From an uncultured Bacteroidales bacterium (GTDB taxonomy: Bacteria; Bacteroidota; Bacteroidia; Bacteroidales; UBA4417), in assembly GCA_963802185.1 (NCBI GenBank), contig CAWDHU010000017.1:278759-342758 (forward strand): a stretch of DNA of 64,000 nt. The letters are read 5' to 3'. Position 1 is the first letter of the stretch; each line of letters opens with the position of its first letter. The translations under genes were made by a program, and so were the position numbers. Below the pieces are notes generated by a model. That model did no database searches. It was not told the origin of the DNA and was given only the letters and a program-made list of their open reading frames with translations. This document shows positions 13,288 to 20,953 of the stretch, piece by piece.

Positions 13288-14202
13288 TTAACTGAACAGC
13301 CCTTCAACAGATAAGTATCGTTCCCCCGTATCATAATTAAAGGTAAGAATTCGGGATCTTGCAGGAATTTCAGATATCTTTTTAGCCACGGCGGCGAGCG
13401 AAGCTCCTGTCGAGATTCCTACAAAAATACCTTCCTGTCTTGTTATTTTTCGGGCATATTCAAAAGCAGCTTCTTTGCTTACCTGGATTACTCCATCGAT
13501 AAATTCACTTTTGTAAATTTGTGGTACAAACCCAGCACCTATACCTTGTATGGGATGAGGACCGGGAGCTCCCCCACTAAGAACGGGCGAAAGTTCAGGC
13601 TCCACAGCAAATACTTTTAACTTTGGAAACTTAATTTTCAGCACTTCAGCAATCCCTGTTATATGCCCGCCCGTTCCAACTCCAGTTATTATGTAATCAA
13701 GACCATCCGGAAAATCAGCCGCAATTTCGAGGGCCGTCGTCCTTTTATGCACTTCAACGTTAGCCTGGTTATTGAATTGCTGCGGTATCCATGAATGAGG
13801 GGTTGCTTCGGCCAATTCATTCGCTTTTTCAATAGCGCCTTTCATACCTTTTTCCCTGGGAGTCAGAACAAAATCAGCGCCATAAACCGACATCAGTTTA
13901 CGCCTTTCAACGCTCATCGATTCAGGCATAACCAGGATGATTTTATATCCTTTTACTGCAGCCACCAACGCCAGGCCTATACCTGTATTTCCGGATGTAG
14001 GCTCTATTATCACACTATCTTCTTTCAAAATGCCTCTTTTTTCAGCGTCTTCAATCATGGCTAAAGCGATTCTATCTTTAATGCTGTTGCCGGGATTGGT
14101 TCTTTCGAGCTTGATCCACACTTCATGTGAATGCCCAAAGAGCTTATTTATCCTTACATGCGGGGTGTTCCCTATGGTTTCTAAAATGTTATTTGCTTTC
14201 AT
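13288..14202 (-). CDS. cysK: Cysteine synthase A (O-acetylserine sulfhydrylase), copy 1
   Basis: PLP lysine motif [37 protein letters not shown]. Confidence 0.96.
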   Translation of the reverse strand: MKANNILETIGNTPHVRINKLFGHSHEVWIKLERTNPGNSIKDRIALAMIEDAEKRGILKEDSVIIEPTSGNTGIGLALVAAVKGYKIILVMPESMSVERRKLMSVYGADFVLTPREKGMKGAIEKANELAEATPHSWIPQQFNNQANVEVHKRTTALEIAADFPDGLDYIITGVGTGGHITGIAEVLKIKFPKLKVFAVEPELSPVLSGGAPGPHPIQGIGAGFVPQIYKSEFIDGVIQVSKEAAFEYARKITRQEGIFVGISTGASLAAVAKKISEIPARSRILTFNYDTGERYLSVEGLFS

Positions 14203-14281
14203 TTTTTAATGATTTTTAAGTGTTACTATTAAAATGTTAAAGGTTTTGAATTTTTCTTGATGAGAAACCTGCCGTTTTGTT

Positions 14282-14710
14282 TCAAAAAAACCTGGCATAC
14301 AACGTATATATTTTGCATCCAACACAAAATGCTAATGCCGACTCAAGTGAAGCAAAAAGGACAAGAATTCCTCCCAGTGTAAGTGTTACAAATGAGAATT
14401 GCAGAAAAACGGAAACGGTGAGTACAGCAGAGAGAATAAATCCCACTTTTGAAGCAAATTTTTTCCCGCCTGAATCGATTAGTTTTTCTTTAACATCAAT
14501 GATAGCAATAGTTTTTATTCCAATAAACCGGAATAAACTCCATTCTTTTTTATTGAAACCTCGTACGAAGAAATCAAATGCGAGAAACAGAAAAATCACA
14601 GGTGATTGAAAATAAATACCAATTGCGGCCGTAATTGCAACAAGTGCTGCTACTACTCTCACTGTTGGTTCGTTTATGAGGGTTCCCTCGATTGGACAGA
14701 TATGTGCCAT
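14282..14710 (-). CDS. DUF4395-like small membrane protein
   Basis: N-terminal CP...INE..VR, four hydrophobic segments, KKFASKVG and C-terminal ESALAFCVGCKIY, which fits DUF4395 as I recall it. Confidence 0.75.
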   Translation of the reverse strand: MAHICPIEGTLINEPTVRVVAALVAITAAIGIYFQSPVIFLFLAFDFFVRGFNKKEWSLFRFIGIKTIAIIDVKEKLIDSGGKKFASKVGFILSAVLTVSVFLQFSFVTLTLGGILVLFASLESALAFCVGCKIYTLYARFF

Positions 14711-14763
14711 GATTTATTAATTCGAAAGTGAATGATTTACTTGAATTATTTAAGGTTTGTTTG

Positions 14764-14804
14764 AAAACGAAAAAGCCCTTTCACACTGTTGCGGAAGGGC
14801 TTTT
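14764..14804 (-). terminator. Attenuator terminator 2 (proximal)
   Basis: Minus strand GCCCTTCCGCA-ACAG-TGTGAAAGGGC followed by TTTTTCGTTTT, about 55 nt before the DUF4395 start. Confidence 0.85.
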
Positions 14805-14833
14805 AAAATTTATACTTGTTGCAAATATTTCTT

Positions 14834-14938
14834 TCAACAGAGCATAGAATAACCAATCCGCAATTGCAGACTCATACAACAACAGCAGCTATTTACTGAT
14901 CCAGATGAATGATTGGTGATTATGGATTGTGCTACCAT
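14834..14938 (-). CDS. Cys-rich leader peptide 2 (34 aa) MVAQSIITNHSSGSVNSCCCCMSLQLRIGYSMLC
   Basis: Manual translation of the minus strand: four consecutive Cys codons (TGC TGT TGT TGT), located between two terminators upstream of cysK. Confidence 0.8.
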   Translation of the reverse strand: MVAQSIITNHSSGSVNSCCCCMSLQLRIGYSMLC

Positions 14939-14961
14939 AAAGTAAATTTTGACTGATGGAA

Positions 14962-14993
14962 TAAAAAAAAGGCTCCCCGTTTTCGGAAAGCCT
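14962..14993 (-). terminator. Attenuator terminator 1 (distal)
   Basis: Minus strand AGGCTTTCCG-AAAA-CGGGGAGCCT followed by T7. Confidence 0.85.
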
Positions 14994-15036
14994 GTTTCTT
15001 TAAAAAAATCTTTTTATTTAAGAAAAGCTCTCCATA

Positions 15037-15108
15037 CTAAATACTCATACAACAACACATCATTATGCTGTTGAAAGGATTTAGAATAACCAGAGCTTTG
15101 TGAATCAT
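15037..15108 (-). CDS. Cys-rich leader peptide 1 (23 aa) MIHKALVILNPFNSIMMCCCMSI
   Basis: Manual translation: ATG ATG TGT TGT TGT ATG AGT ATT TAG, with an A-rich start context about 20 nt downstream of a TAnnTTTG promoter. Confidence 0.82.
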   Translation of the reverse strand: MIHKALVILNPFNSIMMCCCMSI

Positions 15109-15127
15109 TGTTTCAATTATTGAATTG

Positions 15128-15135
15128 CAAAAATA
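15128..15135 (-). promoter_or_regulatory. Bacteroidota primary-sigma -7 element for the leader-DUF4395-cysK operon
   Basis: TATTTTTG on the minus strand matches TAnnTTTG. Confidence 0.7.
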
Positions 15136-15624
15136 CAGATTACTTTTAAGCAAAAACATTAATTTTTTGAGTTTAAATCCTTCTGATAGCTACATCCTAA
15201 TGATATCAATGGTTTGCTAAATAAGTTAATGTTTTGTTAATCCTATAAAAGCCGGTCTGTTTCAACAGTTTACCTCTGGTTAGGATTAATTACATGGGAA
15301 TAATAATCGTTTATAAAAGGGTGTTATGCAAGAAAAGGGGTATATAACTGAAAGCTATAGTGAGCATGAAAGCTGCAAGAATTCAGGCTTATGCATTATT
15401 ATTTGGAGTTAATTCTCCTGATCAATTTAAATTGCCAGCCAGCCTGGATAGACAACATGTATACTAATCAACTACTTTTGCATAAAATTACCAGTAAAAT
15501 TCCTCACTAATAGCTCCTCAAATTCTATCTCATACTTTTAAGCAAATTTTGGCCCTGCTGAACAAAGGCCGGAACCTGCTGTTAATCCACTAGGATATAA
15601 ATTAATATTCAATATATTTCACTG

Positions 15625-16464
15625 ATGAATCCATTATCTCAATTACCCAAAGAAATTTACCGGAGTTATGTAATTTCTCATGCCAATCTTCCGCCGGTTG
15701 AGAGCACCCAGCAGTTTGTGGATGAGCTTGTCATGTTTTTATTCCCGCTAAAAGGTAATCGTACGGTTTCCTTAAAATCATTACAGGTTGAATTGCGCAG
15801 GTTACGTTTCCGGCTCAGCGAACTTCTTTTCCCGTTGCACGATGATGCAGAAGAAGAAGTAACAAAGGTGGTAGAATCATTTTTTAACCGCCTGCCCGAT
15901 ATTTATGAAATGATGCTGAATGATGCAGATGTGTTTCTGAACAGCGATCCATCAGCAAAAGGGATTGAAGAAGTAATAATGTCATTTCCGGGATTTTATG
16001 CCATATCCGTTTACCGGATTGCACATGAACTTTGTTTATTAAAAGTGCCGTTGCTACCCAGGATTATGAGTGAATACATTCATGGTAAAACAGGTATTGA
16101 TATTCATCCGGCAGCCAAAATAGGAAAGAATTTCTTTATCGATCATGGAACCGGAGTTGTAATCGGTGAAACAACAGAAATTGGTGACAATGTTAAAATA
16201 TACCAGGGAGTAACACTGGGAGCAATGTTTGTTGAACGTGCACTTCGCGATCAGAAACGGCACCCAACTATTCAGGATAATGTAATTATTTATGCCGGTA
16301 GTACTATTTTAGGCGGGAAAACTGTAATAGGACGTAATTCGGTAATCGGCGGTACTGTATGGCTTACCGAAAGTGTTGAACCATTTTCTTTGGTTTATCA
16401 TAAGCCCCAGATCGTAATCCGCGATAAAAAAGATTTTGTTGAACCAATTAACTTCTTTATCTAA
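15625..16464 (+). CDS. cysE: Serine O-acetyltransferase (CysE/EpsC type)
   Basis: DPSA, YRIAHEL, GIDIHPAAKIG, FFIDHGTGVVIGET, QGVTLG, KRHPT. C-terminal Ile; the stop abuts the cysK ATG. Confidence 0.95.
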   Translation: MNPLSQLPKEIYRSYVISHANLPPVESTQQFVDELVMFLFPLKGNRTVSLKSLQVELRRLRFRLSELLFPLHDDAEEEVTKVVESFFNRLPDIYEMMLNDADVFLNSDPSAKGIEEVIMSFPGFYAISVYRIAHELCLLKVPLLPRIMSEYIHGKTGIDIHPAAKIGKNFFIDHGTGVVIGETTEIGDNVKIYQGVTLGAMFVERALRDQKRHPTIQDNVIIYAGSTILGGKTVIGRNSVIGGTVWLTESVEPFSLVYHKPQIVIRDKKDFVEPINFFI

Positions 16465-17379
16465 ATGAAAGCAAACTCAATACTTCAAACCATAGGAAAC
16501 ACGCCTCATGTTCGTATCAACAAGCTTTTCCCTTCGCAATACGAAGTGTGGATCAAGCTCGAACAAGCCAATCCTGGTGGTAGCATCAAAGACCGCATTG
16601 CACTCTCGATGGTGGAGGACGCTGAAAAACGTGGTATATTGAAACCAGGTTCCGTAATCATTGAGCCAACATCCGGAAATACTGGAATCGGGCTCGCAAT
16701 GGTTAGCGCAGTTAAAGGTTATAAGCTAATACTGGTAATGCCCGAATCTATGAGCATTGAAAGGCGTAAACTGATGTCGGTTTATGGTGCTGAGTTTGTA
16801 CTTACGCCACGTGAAAAAGGGATGAAAGGCGCCATAGAAAAAGCAAAAGAACTTGCCGAAGAAACTTCCATGTCGTGGATTCCGGGGCAATTTGAAAATC
16901 CTGCCAATCCAAACATTCACTTCGAAACAACGGCTCGTGAAATTGCGGCTGATTTCCCTGATGGACTTGATTTCATAATAACCGGAGTTGGTACAGGAGG
17001 TCACATTTCGGGTGTGAGCAAATACCTGAAATCACTCTGGCCTGATTTGAAAGTATTTGCCGTTGAGCCGGAACTATCGCCCGTAATCAGCGGAGGAGCG
17101 CCTGGCCCCCACCCGTTACAAGGTATTGGTGCAGGTTTTGTTCCAAAAAATCTTGATACAAGTCTTCTTGACGGAGTAATTGGTGTATCGAAAGAAAGCG
17201 CTTTTGATTTTGCCCGGCGCCTGGCAAAGGAAGAGGCTATTTTTGCCGGGATTTCTACAGGTGCTTCGTTGGCAGCAGTAAGTAAAAAACTGGCTGAAAT
17301 ACCTGAAGGCTCACGAATACTGACATTTAATTACGATACAGGCGAACGATATCTTTCCATTGAAGGGTTGTGGGAATAA
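16465..17379 (+). CDS. cysK: Cysteine synthase A, copy 2
   Basis: [41 protein letters not shown]. Confidence 0.96.
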   Translation: MKANSILQTIGNTPHVRINKLFPSQYEVWIKLEQANPGGSIKDRIALSMVEDAEKRGILKPGSVIIEPTSGNTGIGLAMVSAVKGYKLILVMPESMSIERRKLMSVYGAEFVLTPREKGMKGAIEKAKELAEETSMSWIPGQFENPANPNIHFETTAREIAADFPDGLDFIITGVGTGGHISGVSKYLKSLWPDLKVFAVEPELSPVISGGAPGPHPLQGIGAGFVPKNLDTSLLDGVIGVSKESAFDFARRLAKEEAIFAGISTGASLAAVSKKLAEIPEGSRILTFNYDTGERYLSIEGLWE

Positions 17380-17416
17380 TAAATAAATCCCTCATTTCAT
17401 ATCGTATATAAAATCC

Positions 17417-17467
17417 AATCAAATTTCGGATGACTAAAAATCAGTTGCCCGGAGTTTGATTTTTTTT
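17417..17467 (+). terminator. Terminator after cysE-cysK
   Basis: AATCAAATTTCGG...CCGGAGTTTGATT imperfect hairpin plus T run. Confidence 0.6.
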
Positions 17468-17521
17468 CTTTAAGCTCATCTTCCAGGGTTATGTTAACAC
17501 TGATTTGCCAATTTCCTAAGC

Positions 17522-17586
17522 ACTCCTGACCCTTGAAGGGGCAAACCTGTGCGCCGATTTCCCCTATAGGGGATTAAGGGGGGTGA
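17522..17586. repeat. REP-like GC-rich inverted repeat element
   Basis: CTCCTGACCCTTGAAGGGG ... CCCCTATAGGGGATTAAGGGGG: two small palindromes in degenerate inverted arrangement. Confidence 0.5.
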
Positions 17587-17707
17587 GAAGGAGATACATC
17601 ATTGTATTGTTACCATACCGCTAGTTGCTTAAGTCTAAATGTTTACAGGAAATCTGAACACTATTACTTCAATTTATTTTAAAAATTAAAAATATTTTTA
17701 AATCTGT

Positions 17708-17737
17708 TGTAACTTTATAGCACCGTTAAACGTATTA
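17708..17737 (+). promoter_or_regulatory. ECF-type promoter, copy 1 (autoregulatory)
   Basis: TGTAAC-N17-CGTATTA upstream of the ECF sigma gene. Confidence 0.75.
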
Positions 17738-17769
17738 CATTCGAAAACCTACAACCGAAAACCAAAAAG

Positions 17770-18258
17770 ATGACAGCAGCCGAGTACAATTCATGTGCTG
17801 ACTTATACTCCGACGGAGTGTATCGCTTTATCCTGAAGAATATCAAGGATAGGGATACAGCCCAGGACATAGTACAGGAATCCTACGTCAGGATGTGGGA
17901 AAGAGTGAAGGAAGTATCATATGAAAAAGCACGCGCATACCTTTTTACAACGGCCTATCATACCATGATCGACCACATTCGTAAAAATCAGCGGCTTAGT
18001 TCTTTGGCAGACGACTACTCCGAAATACGAGATGAAACGCCGGGAAATTACAACGACCTGAAAGAAGTAATTAATGAAGCGGTTGCAAAACTACCCGAAA
18101 TACAACGATCGGTAATTATGCTCCGCGACTACGAAGGGTACTCTTACGAAGAAATAGGTGATATTTTAAAACTCAGCGAATCACAGGTAAAAGTCTACAT
18201 TTTCAGAGCACGGACTTTTTTGAAACAATACATTGGCAGCCTCGACTTAGTACTCTAA
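17770..18258 (+). CDS. ECF-family RNA polymerase sigma factor
   Basis: Region 2 (DIVQESYVRMW...YLFTTAYHTMIDHIRK) and region 4 (LPEIQRSVIMLRDYEGYSYEEIG...VKVYIFRAR). Confidence 0.95.
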   Translation: MTAAEYNSCADLYSDGVYRFILKNIKDRDTAQDIVQESYVRMWERVKEVSYEKARAYLFTTAYHTMIDHIRKNQRLSSLADDYSEIRDETPGNYNDLKEVINEAVAKLPEIQRSVIMLRDYEGYSYEEIGDILKLSESQVKVYIFRARTFLKQYIGSLDLVL

Positions 18259-18286
18259 TAAAAACTGCTTAAAAAAATCAAACAAA

Positions 18287-19678
18287 ATGAAAATCAACAG
18301 GGATAATTACGAAGCATATTTTCTCGACTACCACGAAGGGCAGCTAAGCCCGGAAATGGTTGAGGAAGTATTAATTTTCGTCGATCAAAATCCCGACCTC
18401 AGGAATGTATTTGAGGAGTTTGAAGCAGTAATGCTTGTTGCTGATCAGGATATTGTATTCGAGAAAAAGTCATCCTTAAAAAAAAATCACGTATTCGTCA
18501 CATCGCAGGTTAATGAACTGAATTATGAAGAATACCTGGTTGGCGAAACCGAAGGATTATTAAATACTGAACAACTTGCATCCATCGAAGAATTTATAAG
18601 TATTAATCCACAATTTGAAAAAGATCGAAGATTATATTCACTTGCTCATCTCTCAGCTAATGATAAAATTGTATTTGAAGCCAAAGATTCGCTAAAACAT
18701 AAGGCTATTCCTGTTGGACTGATAACTGAAGATAATTTTGAAACTTACCTGGCACGCGAACTGGAAGGCGATCTGAACCCGGATGAAAAAATTCAGCTTG
18801 CTGAGTTTATGCAATACAATCCACAACTTGAAAAAGATCGTAAACTCTATAAACATACAGTTCTTACTGCTGAAGCTGATGTAGTTTTTGAGGATAAAGC
18901 CGGGCTGAAAAAATCTGTAACTCCAATCCGTAGGATTGTGTTTTACGCACTTTCTGCCGCTGCATCACTTGCACTTATTTTTAGTGTTTATTTCTTACTC
19001 GACCGCAATGATATCCCACAAAGTATAGTTGAACAGGGTAAAGTTAAAAATTCAATAAACTCGATAAATACCCAGCCATCTATCATAATACCTGACGAAC
19101 AGATTGCTTCAAATATAGAAAAGCCAGCTGTTGTAAAATCAACTCCTGATAAGAAAATCACTAAGAAAACAAATACTGCTTCTATAAATACCACTGTTTT
19201 ATCAGATCAAAGCAAGAAATATACAGCTACGGTTGAACGCCAAAATATTGAATCTTTACAAACCAGGTCAGCCGTTGAAATTACTACACGTTCCTACGTC
19301 GATCCTCAGTTTACGTTTATCCGCTCCAGCCAGATGTATATAAACCAGAACCGGGAGTTTTATTATAATATTAAACTCGCTGAAGAAATACAATTTGCCG
19401 AACTAAACTCGAAAGATAAAGCACCGGCACAAACCATATTAAATGCTGTAACAGCAAAAGCAAAAGGTTTATTCGCATCGAACCAAAAAGTGGCTCCACC
19501 AAAGGAAGAGAAGAAAAATCTCTCACTCTGGACATTTGCTGAACTCGGAGTTCAAACTATCAATACAATTACTTCCAGCGAAATGGAACTAAAATTGCAG
19601 AAAGACGAAAAGGGAAAAGTAGTTGCTTATGACTTTGAAAGCGGGCTTTTTGATTTTGAAAAGGAAGTGAAAAAGTAA
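18287..19678 (+). CDS. Putative membrane anti-sigma factor with three N-terminal repeats of about 70 aa
   Basis: Directly follows the sigma gene. Repeats NYE/NFE..EG.L..E......F...NP......VFE.K..LK, then a TM helix (IVFYALSAAASLALIFSVYFLL) and a periplasmic tail. Confidence 0.75.
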   Translation: MKINRDNYEAYFLDYHEGQLSPEMVEEVLIFVDQNPDLRNVFEEFEAVMLVADQDIVFEKKSSLKKNHVFVTSQVNELNYEEYLVGETEGLLNTEQLASIEEFISINPQFEKDRRLYSLAHLSANDKIVFEAKDSLKHKAIPVGLITEDNFETYLARELEGDLNPDEKIQLAEFMQYNPQLEKDRKLYKHTVLTAEADVVFEDKAGLKKSVTPIRRIVFYALSAAASLALIFSVYFLLDRNDIPQSIVEQGKVKNSINSINTQPSIIIPDEQIASNIEKPAVVKSTPDKKITKKTNTASINTTVLSDQSKKYTATVERQNIESLQTRSAVEITTRSYVDPQFTFIRSSQMYINQNREFYYNIKLAEEIQFAELNSKDKAPAQTILNAVTAKAKGLFASNQKVAPPKEEKKNLSLWTFAELGVQTINTITSSEMELKLQKDEKGKVVAYDFESGLFDFEKEVKK

Positions 19679-19699
19679 AACTGATAAAGTAATTTAAAG

Positions 19700-19724
19700 A
19701 TCCGGGCTTGTTCCGGATTTTTTT
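19700..19724 (+). terminator. Terminator after the sigma/anti-sigma pair
   Basis: ATCCGGG-CTTG-TTCCGGAT plus T run. Confidence 0.75.
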
Positions 19725-19823
19725 TGCTTGGGCAAACCAATATTAGTCGGGTATGAAACAACTCCGTCCGGGCCCCAGGTTTCTATAGGATTTCTCTATA
19801 ATATTCTTTTTTATTCACTTTGC

Positions 19824-19853
19824 TGTAACAATATGCCCATAAATTCCGTCTTA
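19824..19853 (+). promoter_or_regulatory. ECF-type promoter, copy 2
   Basis: TGTAAC-N17-CGTCTTA. Confidence 0.75.
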
Positions 19854-19895
19854 TATCCTGAATTCATATTTACAAAACCGCATAATTTCAATCCT

Positions 19896-20657
19896 ATGAA
19901 AACCCTGAAACTAGCATTAGCAGGAATGATGCTCCTTACACTGACAGTTGCCGGTGTTAAAGCTCAAACAAATGGAAATGGTAATGTAACGACTCAGGAG
20001 AGACAAGTTTCCTCTTTTGATGCCATCAAAGTTGGCAGCGCAATTAACCTGGTTATTAAACAAGGAAATCAACAATCGGTTTCTGTTCAAACAGATGAAA
20101 ATCTGCAAAGCCATTTGATTACAAAAGTTTCAAACGGAATATTGACGTTGAGTTGCAAGGATATACAGAATCCTACAAAGATGAATGTATATGTAACTGC
20201 AGTAAAACTAAAAAGATTAGATGTCAGTGGTGCTTCCAAAGTTACGGGTGAAACACCCTTTAAAAGTGATGTTTTTAGCCTCAAAACCTCAGGAGCTGCC
20301 AAAGTTGAAATGCAAATTGAAACCGGGGCATTCGACAACGAAACCAGTGGTGCCGCAAATAACACGTTAACAATTGCAGCCAAAACTGCAACATCCGAGA
20401 TCAGCGGAGCCGGCAATGTTATTTTAAAAGGCTCAGTTGAAAAACATAATGCTGAAATATCGGGCGCAGGGCACCTGAAAGCAATAGAATTTATTACCGA
20501 CTATACTGATGCCAGCGTTTCCGGAGCCGGCAGTGCCGACGTGTTGGCACGTAAACAATTAAAAACGGATCTTTCGGGAGCAGGAAGTATCACGTACATA
20601 GACAAGGGTAAAACTAAAACAATAGACCAGCATGAAGAACTCCAGATCAACTTTTAA
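19896..20657 (+). CDS. DUF2807/GIN-domain (adhesin head-like) secreted protein
   Basis: Signal peptide MKTLKLALAG..., GNGNVTTQERQVSSFDAI and repeated SGAG/SGAA beta-roll units. True start is the ATG at 19896. Confidence 0.85.
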   Translation: MKTLKLALAGMMLLTLTVAGVKAQTNGNGNVTTQERQVSSFDAIKVGSAINLVIKQGNQQSVSVQTDENLQSHLITKVSNGILTLSCKDIQNPTKMNVYVTAVKLKRLDVSGASKVTGETPFKSDVFSLKTSGAAKVEMQIETGAFDNETSGAANNTLTIAAKTATSEISGAGNVILKGSVEKHNAEISGAGHLKAIEFITDYTDASVSGAGSADVLARKQLKTDLSGAGSITYIDKGKTKTIDQHEELQINF

Positions 20658-20714
20658 AGAGATTTATTCAATTTACATTCATAATCTTTAATAAGTAAGT
20701 TGATTGCTTTTTTG

Positions 20715-20742
20715 AAAACCGGGGACTACCCCGGTTTTTTTT
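20715..20742 (+). terminator. Terminator
   Basis: AAAACCGGGG-ACTA-CCCCGGTTTT plus T run. Confidence 0.85.
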
Positions 20743-20878
20743 GATATAACTCGTTACGCAACGGATTCACAAAATAATATTTCACCAATCTTAAATAAAA
20801 TCATCTATCACTGATATAGCAACATTTATTATATTCAAAAAGATTGTTTTATAAATATTCATCTTTTTTTTTCTTAAC

Positions 20879-20908
20879 TGTAACATTATACTAACTTATT
20901 CCGTCTAG
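20879..20908 (+). promoter_or_regulatory. ECF-type promoter, copy 3
   Basis: TGTAAC-N17-CGTCTAG. Confidence 0.75.
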
Positions 20909-20953
20909 TTACCAGAATCAACAAAAAAAAACAAACAGCATAATCTCAATCCT

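Noticed and set aside
15136-15624. Cys leader or Rrf2/CymR-like operator upstream of cysE
   Set aside because: No Cys-run ORF found on the plus strand, and the ATCC/GGAT half-sites do not form a convincing palindrome.
19728-19895. 56-aa N-terminal extension of the first DUF2807 ORF, containing CC
   Set aside because: It overlaps the ECF promoter (TGCTGTAAC gives the Cys codons); the paralogue and signal peptide fix the start at 19896. Not a Cys leader.
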